From assembly GCA_965116925.1 (NCBI GenBank), contig OZ220744.1:1-64000 (forward strand): DNA of 64,000 nucleotides, written 5' to 3'. The translations under genes were made by a program, and so were the position numbers. Position 1 is the first letter of the stretch. The number at the start of each line of letters is the position of its first letter. Positions 20,035 through 30,148 of the stretch are shown here, piece by piece. The notes under the pieces were generated by a model. It ran no database searches and was not told the DNA's origin. It saw only the letters and a program-made list of their open reading frames with translations. Origin of the DNA: Candidatus Poribacteria bacterium. Lineage in GTDB: Bacteria; Poribacteria; WGA-4E; PCPOR2b.

Positions 20035-21219
20035 ATGGTCAATTTACATAACAGATGGATTTCCTTTTTCCTTATCGTGATTTGCCTGAATCTGTGCAGC
20101 TTCTCCCTCTATTCGGAGTCTGAATTTCAGACGCATCTCCAGAAGGCAGATCTGTACGCGAGTCAACGCGAATTTTTCAAAGCGGTTGAACATCTCTCGG
20201 AGGCGATCAAGATTCGTCCGCGAGAGGTTGAAGTATACGCTCAATTTGCAATTGTCTGCAGCAGACTGGGCTGGATTGATAAGGCAGTTGAATATTACGC
20301 AATTGCGCTGCAACTCGATCCCGACTCACCAAGTGCACAATACGGCTTAAAGGTGCTCGGACACTACCAGATCGGCTTAATCTATGCGAGGAAGGGGGCA
20401 TTTGAAAAAGCGAAAACCCAATATCAACTTGCCATCGAATTGGATCCGGAGCTCTCCCTGCCACATTTCCAACTCGGCTACCTCTTGACCCAACAAGGGA
20501 AGTTTGAGGAAGCCGTTCCCTTTTACCAAAAAGCGATAGCACTTTATCCAAATCACACAGGTGCCTACTATCAACTGGCGAATGCCTATTTCCGGATGGG
20601 CAAACAGGAGGAAGGGAAACGTCAGTTGGAAAAGTTTCGGGAGATTAAGGCGAAGGAACGGTTTAATCTTGCAGAGCAATCGCTGAAGGAGGGAGAAATT
20701 GACGACGCGCTAACAGCGTTTCAGCGAGCACTGGATATGGATGCCACCTTCGCGCCGGCTTATGCACGACTCAGCACCATTGCGCTCCAACAGAATGATT
20801 TGGAAACCGCAGCGGAATATCTCCAACAAGCACTTGAGATCAGACCCAATTTTGCTGCAGGTCACTATCAATTGGGCAGTATCTATCACAAACAGGGTGA
20901 AGTTGAGAAAGCAATTGAATCGTTTGAGACCGCTCTCCAACTTCGCCCAAATTTTGCCCCGGCTTGTAATACACTCGCTTGGCTCTATGCCGAGAGCGAA
21001 AAAAACATAGGTGACGCGATTACACTTGCGAGAAAGGCTATTGAGTTAAAGCCAACCGCTTCCTACTGGGACACCCTCGCATACGCTCTTTATAAAGCGC
21101 GAAGATACAAGGAAGCCGCCGAAGCTATTGCCACGGCACTTGACTTACAACCCAATGATCCGGACTATGTAGCACGCCAGAAATTAATCCAAAAAGCAAT
21201 CGCCGAACAGAAGAAATGA
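20035..21219 (+). CDS. Exported tetratricopeptide-repeat protein
   Basis: Signal-like N-terminus; many 'A..L.P....A.Y.LG' TPR units; 'YWDTLAYALY'. Confidence 0.9.
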   Translation: MVNLHNRWISFFLIVICLNLCSFSLYSESEFQTHLQKADLYASQREFFKAVEHLSEAIKIRPREVEVYAQFAIVCSRLGWIDKAVEYYAIALQLDPDSPSAQYGLKVLGHYQIGLIYARKGAFEKAKTQYQLAIELDPELSLPHFQLGYLLTQQGKFEEAVPFYQKAIALYPNHTGAYYQLANAYFRMGKQEEGKRQLEKFREIKAKERFNLAEQSLKEGEIDDALTAFQRALDMDATFAPAYARLSTIALQQNDLETAAEYLQQALEIRPNFAAGHYQLGSIYHKQGEVEKAIESFETALQLRPNFAPACNTLAWLYAESEKNIGDAITLARKAIELKPTASYWDTLAYALYKARRYKEAAEAIATALDLQPNDPDYVARQKLIQKAIAEQKK

Positions 21220-22940
21220 GGAAAAGCAGAATGGAAGGAAGGTTACTTTACGCAATACGCAATACGCAATACACATTACGTTTCGTCCATCACATTTCAC
21301 GTTTCACGTTTCACGTTCTCCTCATCTTACTATTTGTGCCTTTAACTCTCGCAGCCCAAACACTAACCTTCACCGACGTGACCGCAGAAGCCGGCATCGG
21401 TTTTAAGCATACAAACGGCAGGAGCGGTGAATTTTATTTTGTCGAACAGCTCGGCTCAGGAGCAGCATTTTTTGATTACGATCACGATGGAGATCTTGAT
21501 ATCTACTTCGTCAACGGAGCGGATCTGCCCGGTTTTCAACCGGAGAAGCCACCAACAAATCGCCTCTATCAAAATGATGGGGACGGGACCTTCACTGATG
21601 TGACAGAATTTGCCGGGGTGGGAGACAAAAGTTACGGTGTTGGCTGCTGTGTCGGGGATTATGACAACGATGGACATCTTGACCTGTATGTAACCAATTT
21701 TGGAAAGAATCGTCTCTATCGCAACAACGGAGATGGTACTTTCACCGATGTGGCAGACCGAGCCAATGTTGCAGATGGGCGTTGGGGGGCTTCTTGCGCC
21801 TTTGCAGACTATGATAATGATGGACATCTTGATCTCTATGTGACCAACTATATTCAGTACCAACTGGATAAAAACAAAATCTGCGAGAATAAGGGGGTAC
21901 GCACCTATTGCAACCCGCAGGAATACGTGGGCGAGGCGGATATCCTCTATCGAAGCAATGGCGACGGAACATATACGGAAGTCACCCAAGCAGCGGGCGT
22001 TTACCAATCGCGAAGCAGAGGGCTTGGAATCGTCTGGGGTGATTACGACAGCGATGGCTATATTGACCTCTATGTGGCGAACGACACGAATGAGAACCAC
22101 CTGTTTCACAATAACGGCGATGGATCATTCTCCGACATGGCTTTTTTTGCAGGCGTTGCGTTGAACGAAAACGGCGAGATGGGGAGCGGCATGGGCGTTG
22201 ACTTTGGGGATTATAACAATGATGGTCGCTTGGATATTATGGTTACTAATTTTCAGGACGAAGTGGCAACCCTATACCATAATGATGGAGATGGTTTTTT
22301 CTCTGACGCTTCTTATATTTCTGGCACAGGCGAAAGCACCTACCCATCTTTGGGGTGGGGTGTCTGTTTCTTCGACTATGATAACGACGGTGCCAAGGAT
22401 ATATTTATCGCCAACGGACATATCTTCGGCAATGTTGAGAAGTTCACCCCTGAAACAACTTACGCGCAGGTCAATCACCTTTTCAGGAATCTAGGGGGCG
22501 GAGTTTTTCAAGAGGTTACAGCCAATGTCGGACTCGATCTATCCCAAAAAGCACCCAGTCGGGGGGCTGCATTCGGAGATTATGATAATGATGGTGACGT
22601 AGATATATTAGTCACCAACAGCGATGGAAAGCCACAACTGCTCAGGAACGATGGCGGAAATCGGAACAATTGGGTGAAAGTGCACATCCGTGGAACTACA
22701 AGTAACCGGGCGGGGATCGGTGCGCGGGTCGAAGTCATTACCGAGGACGTTTCACAGATGGCTGAAGTCAAAAGTGGTTCCGGTTACCTTTGCCAAAATG
22801 CACTCGCTCTGCATTTCGGTTTAGGGGATCATACGGTCATTGATAAAATCATCGCAACGTTTCCAAGTGGATATGTTTATACAATGGAAACGGTTCCAGT
22901 CAATCAAATTATTGAAATTACAGAACCCAACGGGAAGTGA
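21216..22940 (+). CDS. CRTAC1/ASPIC-UnbV family FG-GAP repeat protein
   Basis: Seven DYDNDG.LD-type repeats, N.GDGTF.DVT motifs, and C-terminal 'IGARV…SGSGY…LHFGLG'. Its ATG overlaps the TPR gene stop (ATGA). Confidence 0.9.
   Translation: MRKSRMEGRLLYAIRNTQYTLRFVHHISRFTFHVLLILLFVPLTLAAQTLTFTDVTAEAGIGFKHTNGRSGEFYFVEQLGSGAAFFDYDHDGDLDIYFVNGADLPGFQPEKPPTNRLYQNDGDGTFTDVTEFAGVGDKSYGVGCCVGDYDNDGHLDLYVTNFGKNRLYRNNGDGTFTDVADRANVADGRWGASCAFADYDNDGHLDLYVTNYIQYQLDKNKICENKGVRTYCNPQEYVGEADILYRSNGDGTYTEVTQAAGVYQSRSRGLGIVWGDYDSDGYIDLYVANDTNENHLFHNNGDGSFSDMAFFAGVALNENGEMGSGMGVDFGDYNNDGRLDIMVTNFQDEVATLYHNDGDGFFSDASYISGTGESTYPSLGWGVCFFDYDNDGAKDIFIANGHIFGNVEKFTPETTYAQVNHLFRNLGGGVFQEVTANVGLDLSQKAPSRGAAFGDYDNDGDVDILVTNSDGKPQLLRNDGGNRNNWVKVHIRGTTSNRAGIGARVEVITEDVSQMAEVKSGSGYLCQNALALHFGLGDHTVIDKIIATFPSGYVYTMETVPVNQIIEITEPNGK
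21249..21315 (+). repeat. Two heptamer tandem arrays, (TACGCAA)3 and (TTTCACG)3
   Basis: Read directly at 21249-21269 and 21295-21315, within the signal-peptide n-region. Confidence 0.85.
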
Positions 22941-22953
22941 CATCAAAAAATGG

Positions 22954-22982
22954 TTGCAATAATTTGTGAAAAATGCTAATAT
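22954..22982 (+). promoter_or_regulatory. Putative sigma-70 promoter of the LamG gene
   Basis: TTGCAA-17 nt-TAATAT with extended -10 TG. Confidence 0.5.
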
Positions 22983-23073
22983 TAGATACTAGACGAAGCG
23001 GCAGTGTGCCGCCAAATTCTTGATTCTGCTGGAACGACTCAGCATCGACTCGTAAATATCAGGAGGTTCACGA

Positions 23074-23973
23074 ATGAACACGGTGTTAAAATCGACCTTG
23101 GTGTGTGTCAGTCTTGTCGCTCTTGGGCTGATCTTCACGCATTCAGGGTATACAAAAATTGAGCTTGCAGACGAGGACATCGTAGGAATCTGGCTCTTTG
23201 ATGAGGCAGATGGCGCTGCAATCGTTGATGCAAGTGGCCACCACGCAGACGGTACAATCAATAACATCACCGCAGGTGGTGTAACCAGAGAACCAGGTAA
23301 ATTTGGAGGGGCGCTTAAATTCCCCCATGTAGATGGGGAAATGAATAACGTTACCATCCCGAATCCACAGAACTACAACGCCTTTGACGAGTTTACCATA
23401 TCCTTGTGGGTTAAGGCACAATCTACTCCCAACTTGAATCAACGTATGTTTTCAAACGAATCGTTTCCGGGCGGAGATGGAAGCCGAAATATCGTCTGGG
23501 AGCTGAACTTCGGCGCAGGAGAGACAGCGCGTATTGTTTTCGGTGCCGATGGATGTTGCAAGTGGGCTGATGCTCCAGCACCACGCGACCTGCTAACGGA
23601 TGACGTGTGGCATCATGTCGTTGGGCTATGGAAACAACCGTCTTTGCTCGTCTATACCGATGGCAGAAAAGGACTGGAGAAATGTTTCGATGGGGACAGC
23701 CCAAACGGTGACGACCCGTGTAACGCACTGCCAGACCTCAAGGCAGCCGGAGATCCATTCATCATTGGTACCCGTCCGAATGATACCGGTAATTTTAACG
23801 GGCTCATGGACGATGTCGCGCTGCTCGATCGTGCATTGAGTGAAGACGAAATTCGGACCATCATGGACGATGGACTTGAGGCAGGTGCACTTGCTGTTAG
23901 CCCGAAAGGCAAAGCTACCACAACTTGGGGTGCCATCAAGAGTCGAAATACTCGAACGAATTTTAGCAGGTAG
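23074..23973 (+). CDS. Secreted LamG domain protein with C-terminal TWG tail
   Basis: AGGAGG SD; signal peptide; 'VGIWLFDE', 'GKFGGAL.F', 'FTISLWVK', 'WHHVVG', 'G.MDDV…DRALSEDEI'; tail AVSPKGKATTTWGAIKS. Confidence 0.88.
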   Translation: MNTVLKSTLVCVSLVALGLIFTHSGYTKIELADEDIVGIWLFDEADGAAIVDASGHHADGTINNITAGGVTREPGKFGGALKFPHVDGEMNNVTIPNPQNYNAFDEFTISLWVKAQSTPNLNQRMFSNESFPGGDGSRNIVWELNFGAGETARIVFGADGCCKWADAPAPRDLLTDDVWHHVVGLWKQPSLLVYTDGRKGLEKCFDGDSPNGDDPCNALPDLKAAGDPFIIGTRPNDTGNFNGLMDDVALLDRALSEDEIRTIMDDGLEAGALAVSPKGKATTTWGAIKSRNTRTNFSR

Positions 23974-24002
23974 TACTCCGTTAATTTTTTTCAATCAACT
24001 CA

Positions 24003-24037
24003 AACCTTGCGAGGGTTTCAAAAACCTTCGCAAGGTT
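24003..24037. terminator. Hairpin downstream of the LamG gene (terminator or REP-like)
   Basis: AACCTTGCGAGGGTTT-CAA-AAACCTTCGCAAGGTT: 16-bp stem with one G-U pair. Confidence 0.55.
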
Positions 24038-24208
24038 GCTTATCTATTTATCTAACCACTTCCCACCTTCCGAACCTCACCCGTCTGAACCACCCGCCGC
24101 TTGAAGTGACCGTATGCTTCTTAGTCCCGATTTATCGGGGTTTCTGAATCCCGGTCTCGTATCGGGGTAAAGTTGGTTGCCAAGCGAACCCCAAAAAGGA
24201 AATAAAAT

Positions 24209-24982
24209 ATGCGAACGCTGGATTTGTGTGTCCGATATTTTCAGGACAGCACCCCTGTAGAGGTGCCATGTCGCGAGGAAAATTTCATCCGACGCGAAAT
24301 CACGATGCCGCTGCCTGTTGAACAAACTGCGTTTGTGTTAGTTGATGTCTGGAACGTACATTTCATTGAGAGTTGGATCGAACGCGCAAAGGATGTAACC
24401 GTCAACGCAATCGTTCCTGCACTCAACGCGGCGCGTGAGGCGGGTTTGACAATTGTGCATGCCCCCTGCCCGGAAGTTGCCGGACAATTTTCTCAACTTG
24501 GTCGGCATACCCCTCCCGAAGTCCAGTCTCCACCCGACTGGCCTCCGCCGGAATTCCGGAGTCGGACCGGCGAATACGCTGCCTACCGGGGACCGCGCAA
24601 TCAGCCGCCGAGTATTGGCATCCATTGGGACAGCCTTGCTGACAAATTGGGAATGTCCCCAGCAATCGAAGTGCAGGACGAGGACTTTGTAATCGCAACG
24701 GGGGAACAACTGCATGAACTCTCGAAGGAGCGAGGCATCTTACACCTGCTCTATGTCGGTTTTGCGGCCAACTGGTGCGTAGTTGGTCGTGACTACGGCA
24801 TCCGTGCGATGACTCGGCGAGGGTACAACATCATTCTCCTCCGTGATGCAACTACAGGTGTGGAGTTCCCAGATACGCTTGACCAGCTTTTCACCACCGA
24901 AATTACGATTCGAGAGGTTGAGCAGCAGTGTGGCTTCACTGCATCGAATGAGGACTTCTTTGCGGCGTGCCGTGCCGTATAA
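24209..24982 (+). CDS. Isochorismatase-family cysteine hydrolase
   Basis: TAFVLVDVW, GFAANWCV and GY..ILLRDAT motifs. Confidence 0.82.
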   Translation: MRTLDLCVRYFQDSTPVEVPCREENFIRREITMPLPVEQTAFVLVDVWNVHFIESWIERAKDVTVNAIVPALNAAREAGLTIVHAPCPEVAGQFSQLGRHTPPEVQSPPDWPPPEFRSRTGEYAAYRGPRNQPPSIGIHWDSLADKLGMSPAIEVQDEDFVIATGEQLHELSKERGILHLLYVGFAANWCVVGRDYGIRAMTRRGYNIILLRDATTGVEFPDTLDQLFTTEITIREVEQQCGFTASNEDFFAACRAV

Positions 24983-25028
24983 CACTGCTTGAGAGGCAAA
25001 ATCAGAAAATCTTCAACGGGAGAACTAT

Positions 25029-26123
25029 ATGAAAAAAGTACGCATTGGCGTTATTGGGTGTGGGGCAATTGCTCAGGTCCATCATCTACCCAATCTTAAA
25101 GCACTTCAGGACGAATTTGAGGTGCCTATCGTCTGCGATGTGTCGCAGGGTGCTGCAGCGTATGTTGCCGAGACCTTCAATATCCCGCGCTACGTAACGG
25201 ATTATCGCGAGCTCCTCGCATCCGATGTAGACGCGGTGCTGCTCTGCCACTCTGATCCAAAGACAAGAGTCGCCGTGGCAGCGTTCAATGCAGGCAAGCA
25301 TGTCTTCATTGAGAAACCGATCTGTTTTTCCATTCAAGAGGCAGACGCTATCGGTGCTGCGTGTCAGGCGTCGGGTAAGGTTGGGCAAGCGGGGTACATG
25401 AAAGTGCACGATCCCGCATTTGAGTTGGCAAAAAGCGAAGTTGATACGATGGACGATATCCGGTTCGTTCAGGCGAATCACTTGCACTGCGGTAACGACC
25501 TTCATCTCCAAAACTTCCGAATCAAGCGATTTGATGACATTCCACCAGACGCGATGGTTGAAGCGGGTGAGGATGGAGCGAAAGCGCGCCACGATGCTAT
25601 CGGAGACATATCTGGTGAGGCTGGGAGTGCCTTTTCTACGCTCTCAGGCAGCGGCATCCATGACCTCTACGGTTTCCGCGCCATGCTTGGTGTGCCGGAG
25701 GCGGTGGCTAGTACGGAGTTGTGGAACGGTGGACGGGGTATCACTACGATTCTTGAATATCCAAACGAGGTCCGTCTCGTTTATACATGGGCAGCCATTC
25801 CGGGCTTGTGGGATTTCAAGGAAACGCTAGAGGTTTACGGCGACACCAAGCGCGTGATTGTCAAATATCCCACCGGATTTTCACGCGGTATCCTTTCTAC
25901 CGTCACAGTACATGAGATTGAAGCGGATGGCACAACGGTTCTCAAAGAGCCGGCGATAGTGTGGGAGAGTGCTTTCAGCCGTGAAATCCGCCACTTCCAC
26001 GCCTGCATCACCGAGGGAATCCCCTGTCGTACATCGGTGGTCGATGCTCGTAACGACATTGCGCTTATTATCAACATCGTTAAGTCCTACACCGAACACG
26101 CACGAATTCCGAGTGAGTGGTAG
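25029..26123 (+). CDS. Gfo/Idh/MocA-family oxidoreductase
   Basis: IGVIGCGAIA, GKHVFIEKP and GIHDL motifs. Confidence 0.9.
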   Translation: MKKVRIGVIGCGAIAQVHHLPNLKALQDEFEVPIVCDVSQGAAAYVAETFNIPRYVTDYRELLASDVDAVLLCHSDPKTRVAVAAFNAGKHVFIEKPICFSIQEADAIGAACQASGKVGQAGYMKVHDPAFELAKSEVDTMDDIRFVQANHLHCGNDLHLQNFRIKRFDDIPPDAMVEAGEDGAKARHDAIGDISGEAGSAFSTLSGSGIHDLYGFRAMLGVPEAVASTELWNGGRGITTILEYPNEVRLVYTWAAIPGLWDFKETLEVYGDTKRVIVKYPTGFSRGILSTVTVHEIEADGTTVLKEPAIVWESAFSREIRHFHACITEGIPCRTSVVDARNDIALIINIVKSYTEHARIPSEW

Positions 26124-26166
26124 GGTTGCAGCGGGTTAGGCCAAACTCCAAGAACAATTTCTATCA

Positions 26167-27357
26167 ATGAAAATTACGGATCTAAAATGCACCGTCTTGG
26201 GTAGCAACCTTGTGATTCGCATAACAACCGACAAGGGAATCAGTGGGCTAGGGGAGGTGGCAGCTCCTAAACACTACCTGAAACCTCATATTATGTTTTA
26301 CAAGGATTTCATAGTCGGAGAAGATCCCACGGACGTAGAACGGGTCATGATGCGAATCCGCAAAGGCGGCAGCTTTAAGCCGTGGGGCTGTGCAGTGAGT
26401 ACCATAGAAATGGCACTCTGGGATATTGCCGGCAAAGCAGCGGGCGTTCCGGTCTACAAGCTACTGGGAGGTAAAATCCGGGATAAAGTTCGGGTCTATA
26501 ACGGTGCGGTCAGATTTCCAATGAACGGAAATTCCCCGGAAGCCTACGCTGCAAACATGAAAAAGATGAAAGCCTCGCCCGAAGGTTTTACCATTATTAA
26601 GCAGGGGATCGCGTTTCATAGCGGAATGCCAAATCAGGTGCCGGACTACTTCTACGGTGAAGTCCAGGCAGGGCGTTTTGCAAGGAACAGCGGGGTCTTG
26701 ACTGAGCGCGGGTTGAAATATACGATTGATTGTGTCGCGGCGATGAAGGAGGTCTTAGGTGATGAGGTCGGGCTGGCTTTGGACTGTGGACCTGGATTGA
26801 CAGTTCCCGACGCGATTAGGCTGGCGAAAGCTTTGGAACCGTTAAACGTGATGTGGCTCGAAGATATGATCACCGGCGACTATGTGCCGTACGTATTGGC
26901 GGATCTTTACCGAGACGTGACGCAAAGCACATCGACACCGATCCACACCGGCGAACAGATCTACCTCCGACAGAACTTCAAAGATTTAATCGAGAAGCGG
27001 GCTGTGGATGTAATCGGTCCTGATCCAGGTGACATCGGCGGGATTGCAGAACTGAAATGGGTGGCGGAATATGCAGACCTGCACGGCATTCTTATGGCAC
27101 CCCACGGTATATTCATTGGACTCATCGGTCTTGCTGCCCTCGTTCAGGTGTCGGCGACATTGCCCCAAAATTATATCGCTTTCGAGTATACGGTCGGAAA
27201 CCCCAAGTGGTGGTATGATATAGTCGAAGGGCTGCCAAATCCTATCGTCGAAGATGGGTTCATCACGGTTTGGGACACGCCCGGCATGGGTGTCGAGTTC
27301 AACGAGGAGGCCACAAGGCAGTATCTCCCTGAAGGCGACGAGGACTTTTTCGATTAA
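26167..27357 (+). CDS. Mandelate racemase/muconate lactonizing enzyme family protein, copy 1
   Basis: EMALWDIAGK, PVYKLLGG, metal ligands (LDC, WLED, TGE), PD, GGIAE, APH and PGMGVE. Confidence 0.92.
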   Translation: MKITDLKCTVLGSNLVIRITTDKGISGLGEVAAPKHYLKPHIMFYKDFIVGEDPTDVERVMMRIRKGGSFKPWGCAVSTIEMALWDIAGKAAGVPVYKLLGGKIRDKVRVYNGAVRFPMNGNSPEAYAANMKKMKASPEGFTIIKQGIAFHSGMPNQVPDYFYGEVQAGRFARNSGVLTERGLKYTIDCVAAMKEVLGDEVGLALDCGPGLTVPDAIRLAKALEPLNVMWLEDMITGDYVPYVLADLYRDVTQSTSTPIHTGEQIYLRQNFKDLIEKRAVDVIGPDPGDIGGIAELKWVAEYADLHGILMAPHGIFIGLIGLAALVQVSATLPQNYIAFEYTVGNPKWWYDIVEGLPNPIVEDGFITVWDTPGMGVEFNEEATRQYLPEGDEDFFD

Positions 27358-27359
27358 GT

Positions 27360-27417
27360 TTTCACGTCCCGATACATCGGGATCCTCGGAACGGGATTTT
27401 ACGCATCACGTTTCACG
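27360..27417 (+). repeat. CCCGAT/ATCGGG palindrome embedded among heptamer repeats
   Basis: TTTCACG, TCCCGAT-AC-ATCGGGA, then TTTTACG-CATCACG-TTTCACG. Confidence 0.65.
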
Positions 27418-27493
27418 TTATCAACAATTACAAACTAACACCATCAGTTTATAGGGGTAAGGTTATACCAAATCCAAAGGATAACTTATATCA

Positions 27494-28684
27494 ATGAAGA
27501 TTACGGATTTAAAATGCACTGTCTTAGGTTCCAACCCTGTGGTTCGCATAACAACCGACGAAGGAATCAGCGGGTTGGGAGAGGTGGAGGCTAGTAAACA
27601 CTACCTGAAACCTCATATTATGTTTTACAAGGACTTCATAGTCGGGGAAGATCCCACGGACGTGGAACGAGTGATGATGCGGATCCGCAAAGGCGGTAGC
27701 TTTAAGCCGTGGGGCAGCTCAGTAAGTGCGATAGAGATGGCACTTTGGGACATCGCCGGCAAAGCAGCGGGGGTTCCGGTCTACAAGTTACTGGGCGGTA
27801 AAATCCGGGATAAAGTTCGGGTCTATAATGGTGCGGTCAGGTATCCGATGGACGGAGATACGCCAGAAGCCCACGCTGAAAATATGAAAAGGATGAAAGC
27901 CTCCCCCGAAGGATTCACCATTATTAAGCAGGGGATCGCGTTTCATAGCGGAATGCCAAATCGGCCGGACTACTTCTACGGTGAAGTCCAACCGGGGCGT
28001 TTTGCAAGGACGAGTGGTGTCTTGACTGAGCGTGGGCTGAACTATACGATTGATTGTATTCAGGCAATGAAGGAGGCTTTGGGAGATGAGGTCGGTTTGG
28101 CTTTGGACTGTGGTCCTGGGTTGACAGTTCCTGATGCACTTAAACTTGCAAAGGCTGTGGAGCCGTTAAACGTGATGTGGCTTGAAGACATGATCACCGG
28201 CGACTATGTGCCGTACGTTTTAGCAGACCTCTATCGAGACGTAACGCAAAACACATCGACACCAATTCACACCGGCGAACAGATCTACCTCCGACAGAAC
28301 TTCAAAGATCTAATCGAGAAACGAGCCGTGGATGTAATCGGTCCCGACCCATGTGACATCGGCGGCATCGCGGAGTTGAAGTGGGTTGCAGAATACGCAG
28401 ACCTGCACGGCATTCTTATGGCGCCCCACGGGGTACTTGATGGACTTATCGGTCTTGCCGCGCTCGTTCAGGTGTCGGCGACCTTGCCCCAGAATTATAT
28501 CGCTTTTGAGTATCCGACCGGAAACCCCGCGTGGTGGTACGATATCGTCGAAGGACTGCCAGATCCCATTGTCGAAGATGGATTCATCACGGTTTGGGAC
28601 ACGCCCGGTATGGGAGTCGAACTCAACGAAGAAGCCACAAAGCAGTATCTCCCTGAAGGTGACGAAGACTTTTTCGATAATTAG
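27494..28684 (+). CDS. Mandelate racemase/muconate lactonizing enzyme family protein, copy 2
   Basis: Near-identical tandem paralog of 26167..27357. Confidence 0.92.
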   Translation: MKITDLKCTVLGSNPVVRITTDEGISGLGEVEASKHYLKPHIMFYKDFIVGEDPTDVERVMMRIRKGGSFKPWGSSVSAIEMALWDIAGKAAGVPVYKLLGGKIRDKVRVYNGAVRYPMDGDTPEAHAENMKRMKASPEGFTIIKQGIAFHSGMPNRPDYFYGEVQPGRFARTSGVLTERGLNYTIDCIQAMKEALGDEVGLALDCGPGLTVPDALKLAKAVEPLNVMWLEDMITGDYVPYVLADLYRDVTQNTSTPIHTGEQIYLRQNFKDLIEKRAVDVIGPDPCDIGGIAELKWVAEYADLHGILMAPHGVLDGLIGLAALVQVSATLPQNYIAFEYPTGNPAWWYDIVEGLPDPIVEDGFITVWDTPGMGVELNEEATKQYLPEGDEDFFDN

Positions 28685-28694
28685 AGGAACGGAT

Positions 28695-29753
28695 ATGGCG
28701 AAAATTAGATTGGGTGTCATCGGTGCCGGTGGCATTGTGTGTCGGCTGCATCTTCCCGCCCTCGTTGCCGGGGAGGATTTTGAGGTTGCCGTGCTTGGGG
28801 GCAGGCGAGAACATCGACTCAAGCATCAGTGTGAGCAATTCAACATCCCCCGCTGGACGCAAGACTACGATTCGATTATCGCAGACGACTCGCTTGATGC
28901 TATTTTGGTTGGTACGCCGCACCCGCTCCATGTGTCTTGGGGAGTCAAAGCGCTGGATTCAGGGAAGCATGTCCTGATGCAGAAACCGCTGTGCGGTGAG
29001 ATGGACGAAGCCAATCAATTTGTGGAGGCGACAGAAAGAAATCACTTGACCGTGATGTGTCTTCCTCACGTCAGTGCATCCATCGGCAAGGCGCGTCAGT
29101 TGTTAGCGGAAGGCGCGATTGGCAGAGTTTCGGGGGCGCGGTTCCGAAGCAGTCACGGCGGTCCCGAAATCTACTACGCAGAGATTAAAGACATTTTCGG
29201 TGAGAAAGATGATGATCTCTGGTTCTTTGATGCCAAACGGGCGAGCGTCGGGGCACTCTTTGATATGGGTGTCTACGCTGTCTCCGGATTGGTCACAATG
29301 CTAGGGACGTTTAAGCGTGTCACCGGTTTCGCAACCACTTTCGATAAACCGACCGAGTTGGAGGATGTGGCGACGCTCGTTCTCGAAATGGAATCAGGGG
29401 GCATCGTCACCGCTGAAACAAGCTGGTGTGATCCCGCCCGGACGTGGGGTGCAAGCATTCACGGCACAGCGGGAAAACTTACGTTGCCGGGGGAGGATGG
29501 GGCTGCGTTGAGTCAATGGACGCCGACATCTTACACCCGCGAGACAGCACCTGTAGATTTGAAAGCGATTGATTGTTCAGACGCTGATCTTGGCGATATG
29601 CACACGCATTTCGCAGAATGTATCCGTGATGGCAAGCAGCCACCGCTGTCGCACGTTTATGCAGCGCGTCATGTTACTGAGATTTTATTGGCTGGTATGG
29701 CCTCCGCTCGGACCGGCAGGGTAGTCGAATTGATTACCAGGGCAGATTCATGA
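28695..29753 (+). CDS. Gfo/Idh/MocA-family oxidoreductase
   Basis: Start reassigned to 28695 (MAKIRLGVIGAG, GAGG SD); GKHVLMQKP and GALFDMGVY motifs. Confidence 0.9.
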   Translation: MAKIRLGVIGAGGIVCRLHLPALVAGEDFEVAVLGGRREHRLKHQCEQFNIPRWTQDYDSIIADDSLDAILVGTPHPLHVSWGVKALDSGKHVLMQKPLCGEMDEANQFVEATERNHLTVMCLPHVSASIGKARQLLAEGAIGRVSGARFRSSHGGPEIYYAEIKDIFGEKDDDLWFFDAKRASVGALFDMGVYAVSGLVTMLGTFKRVTGFATTFDKPTELEDVATLVLEMESGGIVTAETSWCDPARTWGASIHGTAGKLTLPGEDGAALSQWTPTSYTRETAPVDLKAIDCSDADLGDMHTHFAECIRDGKQPPLSHVYAARHVTEILLAGMASARTGRVVELITRADS

Positions 29754-29770
29754 AACATAAGAGGTAGATT

Positions 29771-30148
29771 ATGAAACTTGCAGATTATTTTGACTTTCAG
29801 GCACCAAACGACATCCGACTGAAGGGAACTCGTGTCGGCATTGAACGGATTCTCTACGACTATATTCATCGCGGCTGGTCGCCGGAGCAGATTGAAGAAA
29901 CCTATCGCCACGCCTTAACACTAGAACAGGTCTACGCAACAATCACCTATTACTTGCACAATAAGGAGGAGATTAGTCAGTATCTGACCGAGTGGATCGA
30001 ACACGGAAACCGGATGCGGACTGAACAGGCAAAGAATCCGGATCCAACAACACTCAGATTACGTGAAATTCGCAAACAATACGGAAACGTACGTAACTAT
30101 TTTGAAGCCCAAAAACACCATGAACGCCCGCAAATACCTTCTCGATGA
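29771..30148 (+). CDS. DUF433-family putative antitoxin
   Basis: IRLKGTRVGIE…G.SPEQI…LTLEQVYATITYY signature. Confidence 0.85.
   Translation: MKLADYFDFQAPNDIRLKGTRVGIERILYDYIHRGWSPEQIEETYRHALTLEQVYATITYYLHNKEEISQYLTEWIEHGNRMRTEQAKNPDPTTLRLREIRKQYGNVRNYFEAQKHHERPQIPSR

Noticed and set aside
21456..22109. 217-aa antisense ORF and many similar shadow ORFs in the track
   Set aside because: They lie opposite or within well-supported genes and show no recognisable motifs.
28386..28694. Long N-terminal extension of the Gfo/Idh/MocA ORF
   Set aside because: It overlaps the MR gene in another frame; the Rossmann motif and SD place the start at 28695.
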